NCBI GenBank assembly: GCA_043803585.1
Contig: JAZDJV010000088.1
Span: 1 to 28,823 of the forward strand
From: Candidatus Micrarchaeota archaeon
GTDB taxonomy: Archaea > B1Sed10-29 > JAJRYS01
Direction: 5' to 3'
Length of the DNA stretch: 28,823 nucleotides
Position 1 is the first letter of the stretch. Each line of letters opens with the position of its first letter. Under the pieces are notes generated by a model. The model was not told the DNA's origin. It made no database searches and saw only the letters and a program-made list of their open reading frames with translations. Below are positions 25,857 through 28,823 of the stretch, piece by piece. Made by a program: the position numbers and the translations under genes.

Positions 25857-26468
25857 ATGGACATTGCGCTCGGAAAACCAGTTGAAACAGGCAGCTACAC
25901 AGACCAGCTGGACGCCAGAAGGTTCATTGAAAAGCTGAAAAGCCAGAATTTCACGGGCTATGTTTCTGTCGTCATAAACGAAAGCGCGGGCATAGAAGAG
26001 GGCACAATTATTTTTTACAACGGCGGTGCAGCCTGCGCTGACTACGAGTACTACAAGTACAACGAAGTTTTCAGGGGCAACACCGGGCTTGAAAGGTGCC
26101 TCAACGCCTTTCTTGCAAGAAACGGCGTTGTCGACACTTTTTCATTAACTTCTTACCAGCTGCAGCTCATCACCACTTTGAACGAGGAGTCTGCTGTTTC
26201 CCTTGGAGACGGCGACATTTCAGCGATGATTCCAGACTCTTTTTCAGAGAGATACTCGGCCCAAATGGTCTCAAAATACGGCACAGGCGAGGCCACAAAG
26301 CAGGAAGTGTACAAAAAACTGGGCATAAGCAGGAAGACGGCGAAGAACAGCACAAGGGACCAGCTGATTGAAAGGGTGAGCGAAGGGCAAAAACAAACCA
26401 TTAAAAAACCTGAAAGCGTAAATGAAGACAGAACAGACAGGCTGGCGAAACTTCTTAAGAAAGGGTGA
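25857..26468 (+). CDS. DUF2226-like (PATAN/DUF4388-related) protein
   Basis: FTGYVSVVI...GIEEGTIIFYNG, G..DTFSL...QLQL...LNE match my recollection of DUF2226. Called by eye. Confidence 0.65.
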   Translation: MDIALGKPVETGSYTDQLDARRFIEKLKSQNFTGYVSVVINESAGIEEGTIIFYNGGAACADYEYYKYNEVFRGNTGLERCLNAFLARNGVVDTFSLTSYQLQLITTLNEESAVSLGDGDISAMIPDSFSERYSAQMVSKYGTGEATKQEVYKKLGISRKTAKNSTRDQLIERVSEGQKQTIKKPESVNEDRTDRLAKLLKKG

Positions 26469-26500
26469 CTTCAACTGACTTTGTTTTTTGGCGATGTTTT

Positions 26501-26947
26501 ATGGGTCTGAAGAAACTGGTTTACAGGGCAATCAATAAAAAAACTCCGGAGGAAAAGCTGAAGCGCAGGATTGAAATAATCCAGGAGCTTATAGCCCAGC
26601 ACGCGCTGCCCGAGCCGAAGGAGCCCAAGCAGTACGCGAAGAACCTCGCGACGAATTTTTATCTTGACTCAATCGTCGTTTCGAAAAAAGACGGCACAAT
26701 CGTGATGTCGACTGACGGAAACTCGTTCGACAAGGCTGTAAAGGCCACTTCATTCTGCGAATACGTGAAGACGAACTATCCGGGCACGAAGTTCATGACA
26801 ATGAAGGGCAACGGCAAGTATGATGTTTTATATAATGACGGCGATTTAGTATTCATGTTCAGATCTCCGGGCGACATCTCGATCAGCGAGACGAAAAGAA
26901 TCGCCGAGCAGGTCAGGACAGGCATGGAGAAATACGCGATAAAATGA
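26501..26947 (+). CDS. Hypothetical protein with a possible roadblock/LC7 (profilin-like) fold
   Basis: LDSIVVSKKDGTIVMS resembles the roadblock beta1-DG-beta2 motif, followed by a helix, short strands and a terminal helix. Start set at ATG 26501. Confidence 0.55.
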   Translation: MGLKKLVYRAINKKTPEEKLKRRIEIIQELIAQHALPEPKEPKQYAKNLATNFYLDSIVVSKKDGTIVMSTDGNSFDKAVKATSFCEYVKTNYPGTKFMTMKGNGKYDVLYNDGDLVFMFRSPGDISISETKRIAEQVRTGMEKYAIK

Positions 26948-26962
26948 TTAGAAGGTTGAATT

Positions 26963-27736
26963 ATGGGAAGAATAATTTCAGTTTCAAGCGGAAAGGGGGG
27001 GGTGGGAAAGACCACTGTCGCGGCGAATCTGGCATACGCGCTTTCAAAATACGGGAAAAAAGTCGTTGCAATTGACGCTGATCTGGACATGGCCAATCTC
27101 GAGCTGGCTTTCGGAATGGAGGGCAGGCCGATAACCCTGCAGGACGTGCTCAACGGCGAAGCCCACCTGGAGGACGCCACCTACGAAGTTGACAATAATG
27201 TTTACATGGTGCCTGCGGGCATATCCCCTTCGCAGTTCAAAAGGGTTGATCCCGAGAAATTCGCGGACATAGTCAGGCAGGCTGCCGAGAACAGCGACTT
27301 CGTGATTCTTGACTGCCCCGCCGGCATAGGAAAGGACACGACAGCGTGCTTCTCAGCGTCAAAAGAAGTCATAATCGTTATGACTCCGGAGCCGATGAGC
27401 GCCACAGACGCGTACAAAACTCTGCTTGTCGCCGAGAAAATGGGCAATGACGTGGTAGGCGTCGTGCTCAACATGGTCAGAGGCGTCAAAAACGAATTGA
27501 ATTCGAAGGAAGTCACCTCGCTTCTCAATCTTACGATAATCGGAACAATAACAGAGGACAGCGAAGTCAAGCAGAGCGTGCTGAGCGGAAAGCTGCTGAT
27601 GAAAAATAATCCGCAGAACGCGTCGGCAATAGAAATAAAAAGAGTGGCGGCAAGGCTTGCAGGGGCGAAGTTCGTTGAAGAGCAGCCCAAAAAGAGTTTC
27701 CTCTCCGGTTTATTTGGCATTTTCAAGAGGAGGTAG
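26963..27736 (+). CDS. minD: MinD-family ATPase (archaeal type)
   Basis: Deviant Walker A SGKGGVGKTT, IDADLDMANL, LDCPAG, TPEP and a C-terminal amphipathic membrane-targeting helix KKSFLSGLFGIFKRR. Confidence 0.95.
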   Translation: MGRIISVSSGKGGVGKTTVAANLAYALSKYGKKVVAIDADLDMANLELAFGMEGRPITLQDVLNGEAHLEDATYEVDNNVYMVPAGISPSQFKRVDPEKFADIVRQAAENSDFVILDCPAGIGKDTTACFSASKEVIIVMTPEPMSATDAYKTLLVAEKMGNDVVGVVLNMVRGVKNELNSKEVTSLLNLTIIGTITEDSEVKQSVLSGKLLMKNNPQNASAIEIKRVAARLAGAKFVEEQPKKSFLSGLFGIFKRR

Positions 27737-27742
27737 TTGTAA

Positions 27743-27967
27743 ATGACAGAAATAACAAGGCCGTTTGACCTGCTGAACAGCATAATGAACGAGCAGGTGC
27801 TTGTCAGGCTGAAGGGCACAAGACAGCTCAGGGGCAAGCTGAGGGCGTTTGACCAGCACATGAACTTGGTTCTTGACGAGGCTGAGGAGCTTGAGGACGA
27901 CCAGCTGAAGTCAAAGCTGGGCAAGGTAATCGTGCGCGGGGACAACATTCTGTATGTTTCCCCTTAA
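27743..27967 (+). CDS. Sm-like archaeal protein (SmAP1/Lsm)
   Basis: RPFDLL, V.V.LKG....G.L..FDQHMNLVLD.AEE and IVRGDNI.YVSP. SD GGAGGT overlaps the minD stop. Confidence 0.96.
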   Translation: MTEITRPFDLLNSIMNEQVLVRLKGTRQLRGKLRAFDQHMNLVLDEAEELEDDQLKSKLGKVIVRGDNILYVSP

Positions 27968-28008
27968 CCAACTTTACTCTTTAAAAGCTGGTTACCCATA
28001 AACTAATC

Positions 28009-28823
28009 ATGGGAATGAAAGGAATTGCCCGATTATTTTCAAAAAAAGGGAGGCTTGAGAAGAAAGCTGAAAAGCTTCCCACGCAGTATGTACGGCTTTT
28101 TGAAGAGGCTAAAAAAACCGGCGACATAGCTAAAATGAAAGAAGTTTTAACAGCTGTGAAATCTGGAAAACTTAAGATAAAGTCCATACCAATCCCAAAC
28201 CTAATTTTTAGCGCTACAACAAATGCTGGATTAGTTAAGATTGCGGGCTTGAAAAGAACGATCCCAAATGTGCACAAAAGGACGATGAGAGGGGGGGGAA
28301 TTTTTTTTTGGGGCCCAGAAAGCATAGACAAAAAATACCTTGTTAAACTGAAAGGCGAAGAGGAGCATAAAAAATTCTGGCATAGAGGGGATACAACCAG
28401 CGCATTAAAATCGACTGCAAAGCATCTTGACGAGAGGATGTACCCTTTAAATCCATTAAATAAATCAGCACAGTATGTAACTGCAAAAAGGATGCGTGAT
28501 TTTAAATTTGGTTCCTTTGGAATACTCAGTAATCCGGGTGTAATCGCAGTTGACTTGGAAAAGATGTATAAGAGAGGCTACAGGATTGCGATTGACCCTG
28601 AAATCGGTCGTGGTTCATACATAGTAACAGATAAAGAAGGCTATTCTGTAGAAAATTTGAACCCAAAACATTTTGAATTTGTGGCTGATGTCGACGCTGA
28701 AAAGATTAAAGAGATAGAAACAGCCGCTAAAAGAGAGGTTGAAGAAGAAGGGAATCTTCCGCCTGAAAAAAAGCCGCAAAAAAGGTATAGGACACCTGAC
28801 GGCCGAATTCCCGTTATTCATGC
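28009..28823 (+). CDS. Basic hypothetical protein, possibly ADP-ribosyltransferase/Tpt1-like fold (3' truncated by the window edge)
   Basis: Absent from the track because no stop is reached. The frame is open from ATG 28009 to the end: MGMKGIARLFSKK...FWHRGDTTSA...QYVT...PGVIAVDLEKMYKRGYRI...GSYIVT...LNPKHFEFV. TATA-like TTTAAAAG at 27980. Confidence 0.7.
   Translation, partial: MGMKGIARLFSKKGRLEKKAEKLPTQYVRLFEEAKKTGDIAKMKEVLTAVKSGKLKIKSIPIPNLIFSATTNAGLVKIAGLKRTIPNVHKRTMRGGGIFFWGPESIDKKYLVKLKGEEEHKKFWHRGDTTSALKSTAKHLDERMYPLNPLNKSAQYVTAKRMRDFKFGSFGILSNPGVIAVDLEKMYKRGYRIAIDPEIGRGSYIVTDKEGYSVENLNPKHFEFVADVDAEKIKEIETAAKREVEEEGNLPPEKKPQKRYRTPDGRIPVIH

Noticed and set aside
27202-27948. 248-aa minus-strand ORF
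   Set aside because: Antisense to minD and Sm; its Ser/Phe-rich composition mirrors the sense codons.
27981-28331. 116-aa minus-strand ORF (also 28615-28821)
   Set aside because: Shadow of the longer plus-strand frame open from 28009.
1-28823. CRISPR array, cas genes, rRNA, transposases, inteins
   Set aside because: No regularly spaced repeats or recognisable motifs seen. alaS, top6A and top6B are of normal length with no intein-like insertion.

Overview
Archaeal chromosomal segment, probably from a small DPANN-like genome (lineage is inference from the dense gene packing, archaeal housekeeping set and many orphan surface proteins). Core genes: 5' part of mcm, alaS, an HD phosphohydrolase, the rio1 / KH(Dim2) / top6B / top6A cluster (interrupted by an HTH-MNT/HEPN pair and a HAD gene), tRNA-Asn(GTT), pyrE, the rpl21e-rpo4-DUF655-ksgA cluster, aIF-5A, a flippase-like protein, and a tatD-NYN-DUF2226-roadblock-like-minD-Sm run. 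Top finding: one ORF (15344-16654) fusing a RaSEA-like radical SAM domain to the ArcS/DUF5591 catalytic domain, a candidate two-step archaeosine synthase in one chain. Second: a DUF2226(PATAN-like) / roadblock-like / MinD cluster that may be an uncharacterised positioning module. Third: several AT-richer, very basic single-gene inserts carrying degenerate enzyme folds (PRTase-like, cysteine hydrolase-like, ART/Tpt1-like). Also seen: shared bidirectional TATA boxes, a ksgA with no canonical start for its conserved N-terminus, and a hairpin cluster after the tRNA. No CRISPR array, integrase, transposase or rRNA was seen. All family calls come from motif recognition by eye; no database search was run.
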